A DNA stretch of 64,000 nucleotides, taken from the NCBI GenBank assembly GCA_035631315.1, contig DASQIZ010000097.1, positions 10,097-74,096 of the forward strand. Direction: 5' to 3'. Every line of letters starts with the position of its first letter. The stretch's first letter is position 1. Both the position numbers and the translations under genes were made by a program. This document shows positions 37,413 to 46,460 of this stretch, piece after piece. A model generated the notes under the pieces. It was not told the DNA's origin and did not search any database. It was given only the letters and a program-made list of their open reading frames with translations. This stretch comes from Gemmatimonadales bacterium. Lineage in GTDB: Bacteria > Gemmatimonadota > Gemmatimonadetes > Gemmatimonadales > GWC2-71-9.

Positions 37413-39068
37413 ATGTTCCGGCTGGACCATCTCGTCACCGTCTCGCGCGACCGGGCACTCTATCAGGCCTGGGACCGCGTGCTGAAGCGGTTCGTCGCCC
37501 TGCGCGTGCATCTGATTCCGAACACGCCCTCCCGCACCTGGTTCATGCGGGAGACGGAAACGCTGGCAGCCCTCGATCACCCTGCGATCCGTCACGCCTA
37601 CGCCGCCGCGGAGATCGGGGGCGTCGCCTACCGGACGGCGAACTGGATCGACGGCGAAAGCCTGGCCGAGGCGATCCGGCGCGGTCCCCGGCCCATTCCG
37701 ACCGTCATGTCGCTGGTCCGCGACCTCCTGGGCGCGCTCGAGTACGCGCATGCGCACGGCGTGATCATGCGTCGGATCCTACCCTCCACTCTCATGCTCG
37801 AGATCTCGGGTCGGGGCATCATCACCGACCTTCGCTACGCCAATTGGTGTCTTCCGAACGTCCCTCCGGACGAGCAGGGTGGCGGCGCGCCCTATACGGC
37901 CCCGGAGATCCGCAACGGCGGAGCCGGTGAGCCCGCGAGCGACCTGTACGGCGTGGCCGGTCTCATCTATCTGGCGCTGACCGGTCAGGACCCGGCGGCC
38001 GATCCCACCGCCATCGTGCCGCCGCGCACGCTTCGCCCCGCGATTCCCGCCGCGGTGGAGCGCGTGGTGCTGCGCGCCCTCAAGCCCGAGCCCTCGGCCC
38101 GGTATTTCACGGCGACGGAGATGCTGGAGGATTTCGTCGCGGACGCGGGCTCATTCCACGAGCCCGCCGCCGCGCCCCAATTGATGGATTCGGGGTTCGA
38201 GCGCCGGCTCCGCCGGGCCCTCGGCGACGACTACGAGCTGCTCGGCGAGCTGGGTTCCGGCGGATTCGGACGCGTGTACCGGGCGCGCGACCTCGGGCTG
38301 GAGCGCGAGGTGGCCATCAAAGTCCTGCACCCGTCCCTGACCGCCGATCCGGTGGTGGTAGAGCGGTTCCGGCGCGAGGCCCAGCTGGCGGCGCGCCTGC
38401 GGCACCCCAACATCGTGAGCATCTACGACATTCAGGGGCGCGCGGGATTGCAGTGGTATACGATGGAATACGTGCCCGGCCAGAGCCTGGCCCAGCTGGT
38501 TCAGGGAAAGGGGCCCCTCTCCGTCGAGCGGACGGTCCGGGTCTTGAGCGAGGCCCTTTCGGCGTTGGAGCACGCCCATTCCCTTGGACTCGTGCACCGG
38601 GACCTGAAGCCCGAGAACATGCTCCTCGAGCCCGACGGCCGCCTCCGGATCACGGACTTCGGACTGGCCCTGGCCCTCCGCGGCGAGCGCTTCGGCGGAG
38701 CGACTTCACGGAGCGGCACGCCACAGTTCGCGGCTCCCGAACAGCTCCTGGGAGAACGCGTGGACCCTCGCGCCGATCTCTACTCCCTCGGTGCCACGGC
38801 CTACTTCGCGCTCCTCGGCCGTCCCCCGTTCGAGGGTACGACGCCGGAGGCCATTCTCGCCAAGCAAACCGTCGATGCCCTGCCCCTGCTGGCCGCGGAG
38901 CGCAGCGATGTGCCGCGGGAGCTCGAGGTGGTGCTGCGGAGGGCGGTCACCAATGATCCGTCGAAGCGGTTTCAACAGGCGGCGGCCTTCCGCGAGGCGG
39001 TGCTGGCCGCCGCGGGGGGATTTCGGCGCAAGTTGCTTACAGTGTTCAGGAAATTGGCCGGTGCCTGA
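37413..39068 (+). CDS. Tandem pseudokinase-kinase Ser/Thr protein kinase
   Basis: The C-terminal domain is canonical: LGSGGFGRVY, VAIKVL, HRDLKPENML, ITDFGLA, FAAPEQ. The N-terminal domain is degenerate: no Gly loop, VALRV replaces VAIK, MRRILPSTL replaces HRDLKPxN, TDLRY replaces DFG, and TAPE is kept. The start at ATG 37413 is the first ATG after the upstream gene and is uncertain. Confidence 0.75.
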   Translation: MFRLDHLVTVSRDRALYQAWDRVLKRFVALRVHLIPNTPSRTWFMRETETLAALDHPAIRHAYAAAEIGGVAYRTANWIDGESLAEAIRRGPRPIPTVMSLVRDLLGALEYAHAHGVIMRRILPSTLMLEISGRGIITDLRYANWCLPNVPPDEQGGGAPYTAPEIRNGGAGEPASDLYGVAGLIYLALTGQDPAADPTAIVPPRTLRPAIPAAVERVVLRALKPEPSARYFTATEMLEDFVADAGSFHEPAAAPQLMDSGFERRLRRALGDDYELLGELGSGGFGRVYRARDLGLEREVAIKVLHPSLTADPVVVERFRREAQLAARLRHPNIVSIYDIQGRAGLQWYTMEYVPGQSLAQLVQGKGPLSVERTVRVLSEALSALEHAHSLGLVHRDLKPENMLLEPDGRLRITDFGLALALRGERFGGATSRSGTPQFAAPEQLLGERVDPRADLYSLGATAYFALLGRPPFEGTTPEAILAKQTVDALPLLAAERSDVPRELEVVLRRAVTNDPSKRFQQAAAFREAVLAAAGGFRRKLLTVFRKLAGA

Positions 39069-39069
39069 C

Positions 39070-39140
39070 CGGGATTGGGGATTCGGGAGTGTGGATTTTG
39101 TGGCCCGAGACCAATCCCGTATCCCCAATCCCGAATCCCG
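39070..39140. repeat. Hairpin built from inverted arrays of GGGATTN heptamers (terminator-like, G4-capable)
   Basis: 39070-39088 (CGGGATTGGGGATTCGGGA) pairs with 39122-39140 over 19 positions with 2 mismatches. It fills the 74-nt gap between convergent stops (39068 and 39143). Confidence 0.55.
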
Positions 39141-39142
39141 CT

Positions 39143-40174
39143 TTATCTCCAGCGGAAAATCTTCAAGGCGACCCCGAAGCAGACGGTGCCCCAGACCGCC
39201 ACGATCGCCAACGGGGTGGTCAGCTGGAAGACCGAAGTCCCGTCGATCATCACCGCCCGCAGCGCATCGTTGAGTCCCGTGAGTGGCAGCGCCTTCACGA
39301 AGGGGATCATCGCGTCGGGGAACCGCGAGTAGGAGAAGAACGTGCCCGACAGGATCCACATCGGCAGCATGGCGAGATTCATCAGGCCGGACACCCCCTC
39401 CACCGTACGGGCGCGGCTCGCGATCAGGAGACCGAGACCTGAGAAGCACAGCGAGCCCAGCAAGGCGATGCCGGCGAGAGCCAGCCAGGACCCGCGCACC
39501 CCGACCCCGAAGATCAGCCAGCCGAACCCCACCAGCGCGGCCACTTCCACCACCAGGAAGACCAGCCGCGAGAGGATGAAGCCCAGCAGGTAGTGACTCT
39601 TCCGCATGGGCGTGGCCATGAAGCGTTTGAGCAATTTTTTCTGCCGGGCGGTCACCACCGCGAATCCGACGCCCCAGATCCCGGACCCGAGCAGGTTCAT
39701 TCCCAGGAGCCCGGGAATCAGGAAATCGATATACCGGGAACCCTTGGCGGTGACGTGGTCACTGGTCGTCGCCACCGGATCGAGGCGGCCCGCGGCCCGC
39801 TGAAGCGCGCGGTCCACCGCGAGTTGTGCGGGCCTGCTTTCGTCCCGCGTCGGGTCGAATCGGTACACGACGGGATTTCCGGGGATGACCAGAATCCCAA
39901 TCCGCCCCGAGCGGAGCCTCGTCCCCCCTTCGACCGAGTCGAGGATGACCGGGCGCAACGACGAATCCGCCTTGAGGCTCGCCACCACCGCGCTGTCCCC
40001 GGTCCCGGCCTGTACACCGACGTTGATCGCGCCAGGCCCCTTGTTCCGGAACGCAAGACCGAGCGCGGCGGCGAGGACGATCGGGAACCCGAACACCCAG
40101 AAGATGGCTTCGGGCTCCCGGTAGAACTCCCGGACGCGCGAGACGGTGAGCTGGACGATGGGGTGGTTACGCAT
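39143..40174 (-). CDS. ABC-2 type exporter permease
   Basis: 343 aa, one N-terminal TM segment, a large loop, then five C-terminal TM segments. 8-nt overlap with the upstream ATPase gene. Confidence 0.75.
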   Translation of the reverse strand: MRNHPIVQLTVSRVREFYREPEAIFWVFGFPIVLAAALGLAFRNKGPGAINVGVQAGTGDSAVVASLKADSSLRPVILDSVEGGTRLRSGRIGILVIPGNPVVYRFDPTRDESRPAQLAVDRALQRAAGRLDPVATTSDHVTAKGSRYIDFLIPGLLGMNLLGSGIWGVGFAVVTARQKKLLKRFMATPMRKSHYLLGFILSRLVFLVVEVAALVGFGWLIFGVGVRGSWLALAGIALLGSLCFSGLGLLIASRARTVEGVSGLMNLAMLPMWILSGTFFSYSRFPDAMIPFVKALPLTGLNDALRAVMIDGTSVFQLTTPLAIVAVWGTVCFGVALKIFRWR

Positions 40175-41132
40175 CGCGCAGCTGGCGGCCGGTGAGGGAC
40201 ACGAAGACGTCTTCGAGCGTCGCGTGATGGGTCGTGAGCGATGCGAGGGCGATCTGACGCTTCTGGAGAGCGGCCATCAATGCCGGGAGGACCATGTGCA
40301 ACTCAGCCGCCGTCAGCGACAAGCCTTCAGCCGTGAGCCGGACACTCTGCACGCCCGGCAATTTTTCCAGCTCGGGTTTGAGATCCGCGGCCGAGCCGCC
40401 GTTGGCCAGCGCGAAATCGATGACGTGCTCGGCACCGAGAGACGCGATCAGCTCCTGCGGGCTGCCGAGCGCGATCACCTTCCCGTGGTCCATGATCGCC
40501 ACGCGGTCGCAGAGCCGCTCGGCCTCATCCATGTAGTGCGTGGTGAGCAGGACGGTGTGTCCCTGCCCCTTGAACCGCTCCACGACTTCCCAGAGCTGGC
40601 GCCGCGATTGCGGATCGAGACCCGTGGTCGGCTCGTCGAGGAAGAGGAGATCGGGCTTGCCGACCAGTGCGCAGGCCACGGCGAGCCGTTGTTTCTGGCC
40701 CCCCGAAAGCTTCCCGACCCAGCTCTTTTTCTTCTCGCCGAGGGAGACGAGATCGAGCACCTCGTCGACCGTGTTGGATCTCTCATAGAACGACCGGAAG
40801 AGCGACAGGGTCTCATGCACCGAGAGCTTCTCGGCCAGCTGGGTCTCCTGGAGCTGGATCCCCAGGTGTTCCCGCAGGGCCCGCCCACCCGCCTCGTCGG
40901 ACCACCGCATCCCCAGAACTTCGACGTCGCCCGAGTCCGGGAGCGTCAGGCCTTCCAGAATTTCGATGGTCGTCGTCTTCCCGGCGCCGTTGGGCCCCAG
41001 GAGTCCGAAGCATTCCCCGCGATGGATGGTGAGATCGAGTCCGGCAACGGCGGTGACGTCATCGTACTTCTTGACGAGTCCCGCCGTTCGAATGGCGGGG
41101 CCGGACCGCCCCTCAGTGCGCGGGTTGGTCAC
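40167..41132 (-). CDS. ABC transporter ATP-binding protein
   Basis: Walker A GLLGPNGAGKTTT, signature LSGGQKQRL, Walker B LFLDEPTTGLD. Confidence 0.85.
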   Translation of the reverse strand: MTNPRTEGRSGPAIRTAGLVKKYDDVTAVAGLDLTIHRGECFGLLGPNGAGKTTTIEILEGLTLPDSGDVEVLGMRWSDEAGGRALREHLGIQLQETQLAEKLSVHETLSLFRSFYERSNTVDEVLDLVSLGEKKKSWVGKLSGGQKQRLAVACALVGKPDLLFLDEPTTGLDPQSRRQLWEVVERFKGQGHTVLLTTHYMDEAERLCDRVAIMDHGKVIALGSPQELIASLGAEHVIDFALANGGSAADLKPELEKLPGVQSVRLTAEGLSLTAAELHMVLPALMAALQKRQIALASLTTHHATLEDVFVSLTGRQLRDA

Positions 41133-41505
41133 CGGCCTCGGCCTTCGCGTCCTTCTCGGGTTGCAGGGCGTTCTTCATCGCGAGGTCGAGCTGCATGGTG
41201 ATGCTGTTCAATCCGTCGGTGAGCGCGCGGATCTTGACGTTCATCCCCTGGCTCCGGCTGGCCACCACCGACAGGTTGCCGGCGAGGTCCCCGATCGTGC
41301 CCACCGGGGAGGTGAGGAGCTTCTGGCGCATCTGGGACATCTCGCGCGAGATCATGGCGGAGAGGTTGTTGACGACGCTCGCCTTCGCGGCGCGATTCGA
41401 CTCGAGCTCCTTCAGCGTGGCCTTGGTGTGGTCCACGATTTTCTGAAGCTCGGTGATCTGGTCGACCTTCCGCTGCTGCGCCGCGCTGAGTTTGACGCCG
41501 GCCAT
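41113..41505 (-). CDS. Hypothetical coiled-coil protein (130 aa)
   Basis: Heptad-like Q/K/L-rich sequence with no signal peptide. First gene of the ABC-2 operon, overlapping the ATPase start by 20 nt. Confidence 0.45.
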   Translation of the reverse strand: MAGVKLSAAQQRKVDQITELQKIVDHTKATLKELESNRAAKASVVNNLSAMISREMSQMRQKLLTSPVGTIGDLAGNLSVVASRSQGMNVKIRALTDGLNSITMQLDLAMKNALQPEKDAKAEAGDQPAH

Positions 41506-41542
41506 GTCGCTCCCCTTTCGAGGTCCCGAAACCTACTCGGAG

Positions 41543-42778
41543 TCAGGCAGCGGTGGTACGGACGGGCGCCGGCTGGCTCGCCGGTGCATCCACCTCCACC
41601 AGCGTCATCAGCCAGAACACGAAGACGATGATCACGGCCGAGATATAGAACGGCACGGTGTGGCCGAGGGCGCCATACGCCCAGCCGGCGTAGAGTGGGC
41701 CGAAGATCGCCGCCAGGCCGCGATACGTCTGCTGGACCCCCATGGTGACGCCGATATCCTTCGGATCGACGCGATGACTGACGAGGGCGGAATTTGCCGG
41801 GAAAACCAGCGCCGTACCCAACGGAAGCAGGATCTGCGTCAACACGAAAATCGGAAGCGTCGGCGCCAGGGGGACGAGGACGAAGCCGGCGAACAAGAGC
41901 GCCGCACCGATCCGCATCGTTTTCACTTCACCGAATCGGGCATTGAACCAGCCCACGGGCGCCACGCGCATCACCACGCCGACGATGCCGAAGATCATGA
42001 AGAAGTAGCCGATCTGGTCGACCGTGATCCCGAACTTGTCGTGGAGGTAGAGCGAAAAGATCGGCGGCAAAGCATTGAAGCCGAGCATCGCAAAGGTGTA
42101 GATCCAGATGAGGAGCGAGATCGGCCGGCCCGGCTCGCTCAGCACTTTGCCCGCGGGCTTCGTGATGTTCTCGTAGGCATCCTTCAAGGTGATCTGACGC
42201 ACGGCCTGGGGCGTGTACCGCTCCACGCCGACCTGCGACCAACGCGACTCGGGCAGCCACTTCCAGGCGAAGGCGACGTTGATCAGCACCAGCACCGCCC
42301 CGAACAGGCCCGGAGCGGCATCGCCGAAGCGGTGCATGAACGATCCGATGGCTGGACCGATGACCACGCCGGCGCTCGTGGCCGCAGACAACCACCCCAG
42401 GGCCTTGGCGCGTTCCCTCGGGGGCATCGAGTCGGCCACGTAGGCCTGCACCACACCAGTGGTCCCGCCGCCGAGCCCCTGCACGAATCGGGAGACGAAG
42501 AGGAGCAACACATTCGGAGCGAACGCGAAGACGACGTACGCAACGGCGGAGCTTCCCAATCCGACGAGCAACGCGGGGCGGCGGCCGTACCGGTCCGAGA
42601 CGTAGCCCCATACGGGAGAGGCGATAAGCTGCGCGACGGGGAATGACGCGACCAGGAGTCCGACCACCTCCGGCGTGGCATGGAGGTTGGTTGCGTAGAG
42701 CGGCAGGAGAGGCCAGATGATCATCAGGCCCATCATGTCCACGAACGCCACCAGCATGAGTACCCACAACCGCCTCAT
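41543..42778 (-). CDS. MFS transporter (drug/H+ antiporter-like)
   Basis: Motif A GYVSDRYGRRPALLVG, about 12 TM segments. ATGA overlap with the upstream ABC permease. Confidence 0.8.
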   Translation of the reverse strand: MRRLWVLMLVAFVDMMGLMIIWPLLPLYATNLHATPEVVGLLVASFPVAQLIASPVWGYVSDRYGRRPALLVGLGSSAVAYVVFAFAPNVLLLFVSRFVQGLGGGTTGVVQAYVADSMPPRERAKALGWLSAATSAGVVIGPAIGSFMHRFGDAAPGLFGAVLVLINVAFAWKWLPESRWSQVGVERYTPQAVRQITLKDAYENITKPAGKVLSEPGRPISLLIWIYTFAMLGFNALPPIFSLYLHDKFGITVDQIGYFFMIFGIVGVVMRVAPVGWFNARFGEVKTMRIGAALLFAGFVLVPLAPTLPIFVLTQILLPLGTALVFPANSALVSHRVDPKDIGVTMGVQQTYRGLAAIFGPLYAGWAYGALGHTVPFYISAVIIVFVFWLMTLVEVDAPASQPAPVRTTAA

Positions 42779-44394
42779 CGACGCGCTCCGATTGCGAGGA
42801 CGACGGCACTGACCACCATGAGCACTACACCGAATGCTGCGGCGACACCGATTTCATTCAACCGGAGAGACGACAGGATTTCCATCGAAATCGGGCGCGT
42901 GTCGTAGGTATAGAGTACCACCGACGTCACGAAGTCACCCAAGGCCGCCACGAACGCCAGACTCGCTCCGGCCATCAGGGCCGGCGACAGGAGCGGGAGA
43001 CTCACCCGCCGGAACGTTTCCCACCGCCCCGCGCCGAGACTCGCGGCCGCCTCGTCGAATGCCGGATCGAGCTGCCGGTACCCTGCAAGAATCGCCCGGC
43101 CCGTCACCGGGATATTCCGCACCAGATAGGCCAACGGAAGAATGGCTGCTGTTCCTATCAACACCCAGCGGGCCTCCAAGGGTTTCATCACACTGAAGGT
43201 CGTGGCCAGTGCGATGGCGAAGACCGTCCCCGGCAGCGCCCACGGCAGGGCCACCAGCGCCTCGATGATCTTCGACAGCCGCGCCCGGCGCCTCACCACC
43301 ATCCATCCAGCCGCGAGGGCCAGGACGACGGCCCCTGCCGTACTTACCACCGCCATCCAGAGCGAGTTCACGAGCGGCGCGAGCCGGGTCGGCTCTTCCA
43401 GGAGGCGGCGATAGTTGTCCAGGTTCAACACCGGAGGGAAGGCTTCGGTTGTCCACGTTGCGTATGGGACGAGCGAGACCAGAATCAGTGTTAAATGGGG
43501 CAGGAGCAGCACCACGGCGAGCGCCCACCCCGTCACCGTGGCCGTGACTCGCGCCAACGGTGTGCGGATCACGCGGCGCTGGGGGGCCGCGCCCTTCCCC
43601 AGGGATACCACCCCCGCATCTCCCTCGGTGCGCCGCAACACCACGAGTCCGATCAGCGCGAGGAGCGCCAGCGCCACCGTCTCGACCATAGCCAGCGCGT
43701 CCTCGCCATTCAGCCGGGATGCCACGATCTGCGTCGGCATGACCCGGAAGCCGCCGCCGAACACGTACGGCGCCGAGAACGATCCGAGCGCCGTCATGAA
43801 CGTCAGCAGCGTCGCGCCGGCGAGCGACGGACGCAGCAGCGGCAACGTCACCCGGAACAGCGTCCGCCATCGTCCCGCGCCGAGCGCGTGCGCGGCCTCG
43901 ATCATCGCCGCGTCAACCTTGGCGAGTCCCGCCCGGGTGAAGAGGTAGAAGTACACGTACATCGAGTAGGCGTGCACGAGCAGGATGGCGCCCGCTCCCT
44001 GCAACCGCCAGGGCGCCTGCTGGAAGCCCAAGACGTACTGCAGACCCCGCGCGACGAAACCTGACTCGCCGTACAGGAAGAGGAAGGCGATGACGCCCAC
44101 CAGCGGGGGCAGGACGGCAGGGAGCGCGATCAGCGAGCCGAGGAGTTTGCGTCCGGGGAACTCGAACCACTCGAAGAGAAACGCGAGCGGGATGCCGATC
44201 AGCGCGGCCAGCACGACGCTGAGGACGGAGATCCAGCAGCTCGCCCACAGCGCGCTCCACTCCGTCCCGCGCGAGACGAAGGCGTGGATCGCGCTCGCAT
44301 GCCCGGCGTCTGCCGCCACGATGAGCACGGGATAGAGCACCAGCCACGCGAGGAGGATCGTGAGCAGGAGCCCCGACGAAGAACGCTTCCTCAT
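42775..44394 (-). CDS. ABC importer permease, duplicated TMD (Fe3+/thiamine-type)
   Basis: Two EAA loops: IEAAHALGAGRWRTLFRVTLPLL and DEAAASLGAGRWETFRRVSLPLL. Confidence 0.8.
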   Translation of the reverse strand: MRKRSSSGLLLTILLAWLVLYPVLIVAADAGHASAIHAFVSRGTEWSALWASCWISVLSVVLAALIGIPLAFLFEWFEFPGRKLLGSLIALPAVLPPLVGVIAFLFLYGESGFVARGLQYVLGFQQAPWRLQGAGAILLVHAYSMYVYFYLFTRAGLAKVDAAMIEAAHALGAGRWRTLFRVTLPLLRPSLAGATLLTFMTALGSFSAPYVFGGGFRVMPTQIVASRLNGEDALAMVETVALALLALIGLVVLRRTEGDAGVVSLGKGAAPQRRVIRTPLARVTATVTGWALAVVLLLPHLTLILVSLVPYATWTTEAFPPVLNLDNYRRLLEEPTRLAPLVNSLWMAVVSTAGAVVLALAAGWMVVRRRARLSKIIEALVALPWALPGTVFAIALATTFSVMKPLEARWVLIGTAAILPLAYLVRNIPVTGRAILAGYRQLDPAFDEAAASLGAGRWETFRRVSLPLLSPALMAGASLAFVAALGDFVTSVVLYTYDTRPISMEILSSLRLNEIGVAAAFGVVLMVVSAVVLAIGARR

Positions 44395-45353
44395 GACGGG
44401 AAGACCGTCTTTCGCGCCGCCGCGAGCGTGACCCGGTCTCCCACCTGCGCCGAGCGGGGCTCCGCCAGAACCTCGACGCGCACACCACTCGCAATTTCCA
44501 CCTGGAGATAGGCACTCGCTCCGGTAAAGCGGCGTTCCCTCACGACGCCCGCAACACCCGGCCCCGTCACGAGACGGAAATGCTCGGGGCGAATCACCAG
44601 GGCCTCCCCTGCCTCGCCGCCAAACGCCAGCGCGCCACTCCCCTTGAGCACGTTGGCCCGGCCCACGAACGTCGCGACGAAGAGACTGGCCGGCGCGTCG
44701 TACACCTGATCGGGAGTGGCGAGCTGTTCGAGCGTCCCTGCGTTCAGCACGGCCACCCGGTCGCCGAGGTCGAAGGCTTCTTCCTGCTCGTGGGTGACGA
44801 ACACCGTGGTGATCCCGACCCGCCCGATTACTTCCCGGAGCTCGCGCCGGGTACGCTCGCGGAGTGACGGGTCGAGGTTGGAGAGGGGCTCGTCGAGGAG
44901 GAGCACCCGCGGATGCGGCGCGAGCGCGCGCGCCAGCGCGACCCGTTGCTGCTGACCACCCGACAGCTCCTGCACCTTCCGGCGTTCGAAGCCCGCCAGA
45001 TCGACGAGACCCAGCGCTTCGACCACCTGTGTGTCCCGTTCGGTGCCCTTGGCGAGCCCGAACGCCACATTCTCGCCGACGTTGAGATGCGGGAAGAGCG
45101 CGTAGTGCTGGAAGACCATCCCGAACCGGCGGGTCGCGGGCGGCACGCCCGTCACATCCTCACCCTCGACCAAGACCCGGCCGCTGTCGGGCGTTTCAAA
45201 CCCGGCCAGCATCCGGAGCAGCGTGGTCTTGCCGCTCCCCGAGGGCCCGAGGAGCGCGAGGACCTCCCCGCGCTCGATCCCCAGCGACACGGGACCGACC
45301 GTCACGGTGTCGCTGAAGCGGACCTGCAGGTTGTCGACGGAGAGAAAACTCAC
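44391..45353 (-). CDS. ABC importer ATP-binding protein (FbpC/PotA-like)
   Basis: LLGPSGSGKTTLL, LSGGQQQRVALARAL, LLLDEPLSNLD. Start set at GTG 45353 (GTGA overlap with the SBP stop). Confidence 0.85.
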   Translation of the reverse strand: MSFLSVDNLQVRFSDTVTVGPVSLGIERGEVLALLGPSGSGKTTLLRMLAGFETPDSGRVLVEGEDVTGVPPATRRFGMVFQHYALFPHLNVGENVAFGLAKGTERDTQVVEALGLVDLAGFERRKVQELSGGQQQRVALARALAPHPRVLLLDEPLSNLDPSLRERTRRELREVIGRVGITTVFVTHEQEEAFDLGDRVAVLNAGTLEQLATPDQVYDAPASLFVATFVGRANVLKGSGALAFGGEAGEALVIRPEHFRLVTGPGVAGVVRERRFTGASAYLQVEIASGVRVEVLAEPRSAQVGDRVTLAAARKTVFPS

Positions 45354-46363
45354 GGACGATTGCCGCTCGTTCGGACCTTCTCGTCCCAATAGCGCATCCA
45401 GTCAGCGCCATGCGCGGCCAGGAGGTCCCAGTCCATGTCGTTGGCGGGCACCATCTGCCGCCTGACTTCCTGCGCCCACGCCGGGAGGGAATCCGCCGGG
45501 AGGTCCTGCCGGGCCGGCAGTCGATAGGCGTCGCGGGTGGCGAGGAGCTGGGCTTCGGTCGATCCGATCCACTCCTCCCACAGTTTCGCGGCCGCCTCAT
45601 GCTTCGCGCCCTTCACGATGCCGATCGCATCTTCGATGACCGGCGTGCCGTCCTTCGGGAAGACGTACCCGAGCTGCATCCCCTCCCGCTTGTTGAGGAG
45701 GATGTCGGGCAGATCCCAGATGGTGATGAGCGCCTCCTGACGGACGATCTTCTCATCGAGGAGCGTCCCGTTCAGCACGTATTCCTTGGTCTGCCCGTCG
45801 AGCGCCTTGAGATACCCAAAGGCCGCGGCGGTGTCGGTGCCCTTCTTGAATCCCCGCTCAATCATCAGGCCCCACACCGCGCGCATCGTGCCGGAGGCGA
45901 GTGGATCGCGGATGATGATCTTGCCTTTCCACTTCGGCTCGAGCAACGCCTCCCAGGTCTGCGGCGCATCCACCGGCTTCATGGCCTGGTCGGCGTAGAC
46001 GATCACGGCCGGCGTCTCGTACGACGCGAAGTACAGGTCGCCGGGGCCACGCTCATGAGTGGCGATCGTACCGGCCCAGGTGGGGCGGAATGGCTCGAGC
46101 AGCGAATCCTGCGCGCCCCGCGCGAAGATCGTCGCGGGTCCCCCGAACCACACGTCTGCCTGGGGATTCGCACGCTCCGAGCGGACCCGGTCGTAGACCT
46201 CCTGCGACCCCATGTCGAGCCAGTGGACGGCGATGTCGGGGTGCAGCTGCTCGAAGCGTTGCTGGAGGAGCGTGAGGAGGTCGCGTCCGTGGGGGGAGTA
46301 GATGACCAACGGAGTCTTGCCGCCGCCGCCGCATCCCGTCAGGGCGAGCAGGAGTGCCCCCAT
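45350..46363 (-). CDS. ABC importer substrate-binding lipoprotein (family 1, Fe3+-type)
   Basis: Start set at ATG 46363, giving MGALLLALTGCGGGG (lipobox). The track start 46471 would translate the upstream hairpin. Confidence 0.7.
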   Translation of the reverse strand: MGALLLALTGCGGGGKTPLVIYSPHGRDLLTLLQQRFEQLHPDIAVHWLDMGSQEVYDRVRSERANPQADVWFGGPATIFARGAQDSLLEPFRPTWAGTIATHERGPGDLYFASYETPAVIVYADQAMKPVDAPQTWEALLEPKWKGKIIIRDPLASGTMRAVWGLMIERGFKKGTDTAAAFGYLKALDGQTKEYVLNGTLLDEKIVRQEALITIWDLPDILLNKREGMQLGYVFPKDGTPVIEDAIGIVKGAKHEAAAKLWEEWIGSTEAQLLATRDAYRLPARQDLPADSLPAWAQEVRRQMVPANDMDWDLLAAHGADWMRYWDEKVRTSGNRP

Positions 46364-46370
46364 GAGAACC

Positions 46371-46459
46371 GGGGAGTAGGGAGTAGGGAGGAGTCGAAGT
46401 CGCTGAGAGAGCAAACCCCGCAGCGCCCGAACTGCACCCACTCCCCACTCCCCACTCCC
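46371..46459. repeat. Hairpin built from inverted arrays of GGGAGT(A/G) heptamers; canonical G-quadruplex motif on minus strand
   Basis: Plus arm GGGGAGTAGGGAGTAGGGAGGAGT (46371-46394). The minus-sense arm is GGGAGTGGGGAGTGGGGAGTGGG (46459-46437), starting 1 nt after the TAA of the upstream gene. Confidence 0.6.
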
Positions 46460-46460
46460 T

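Noticed and set aside
39071-39140. GGGATT repeats as telomere-like sequence
   Set aside because: There are only 3-4 units per arm, internal to a chromosome segment between two genes, and the unit (ATTGGG) is not the TTAGGG register. A hairpin/G4 reading is simpler.
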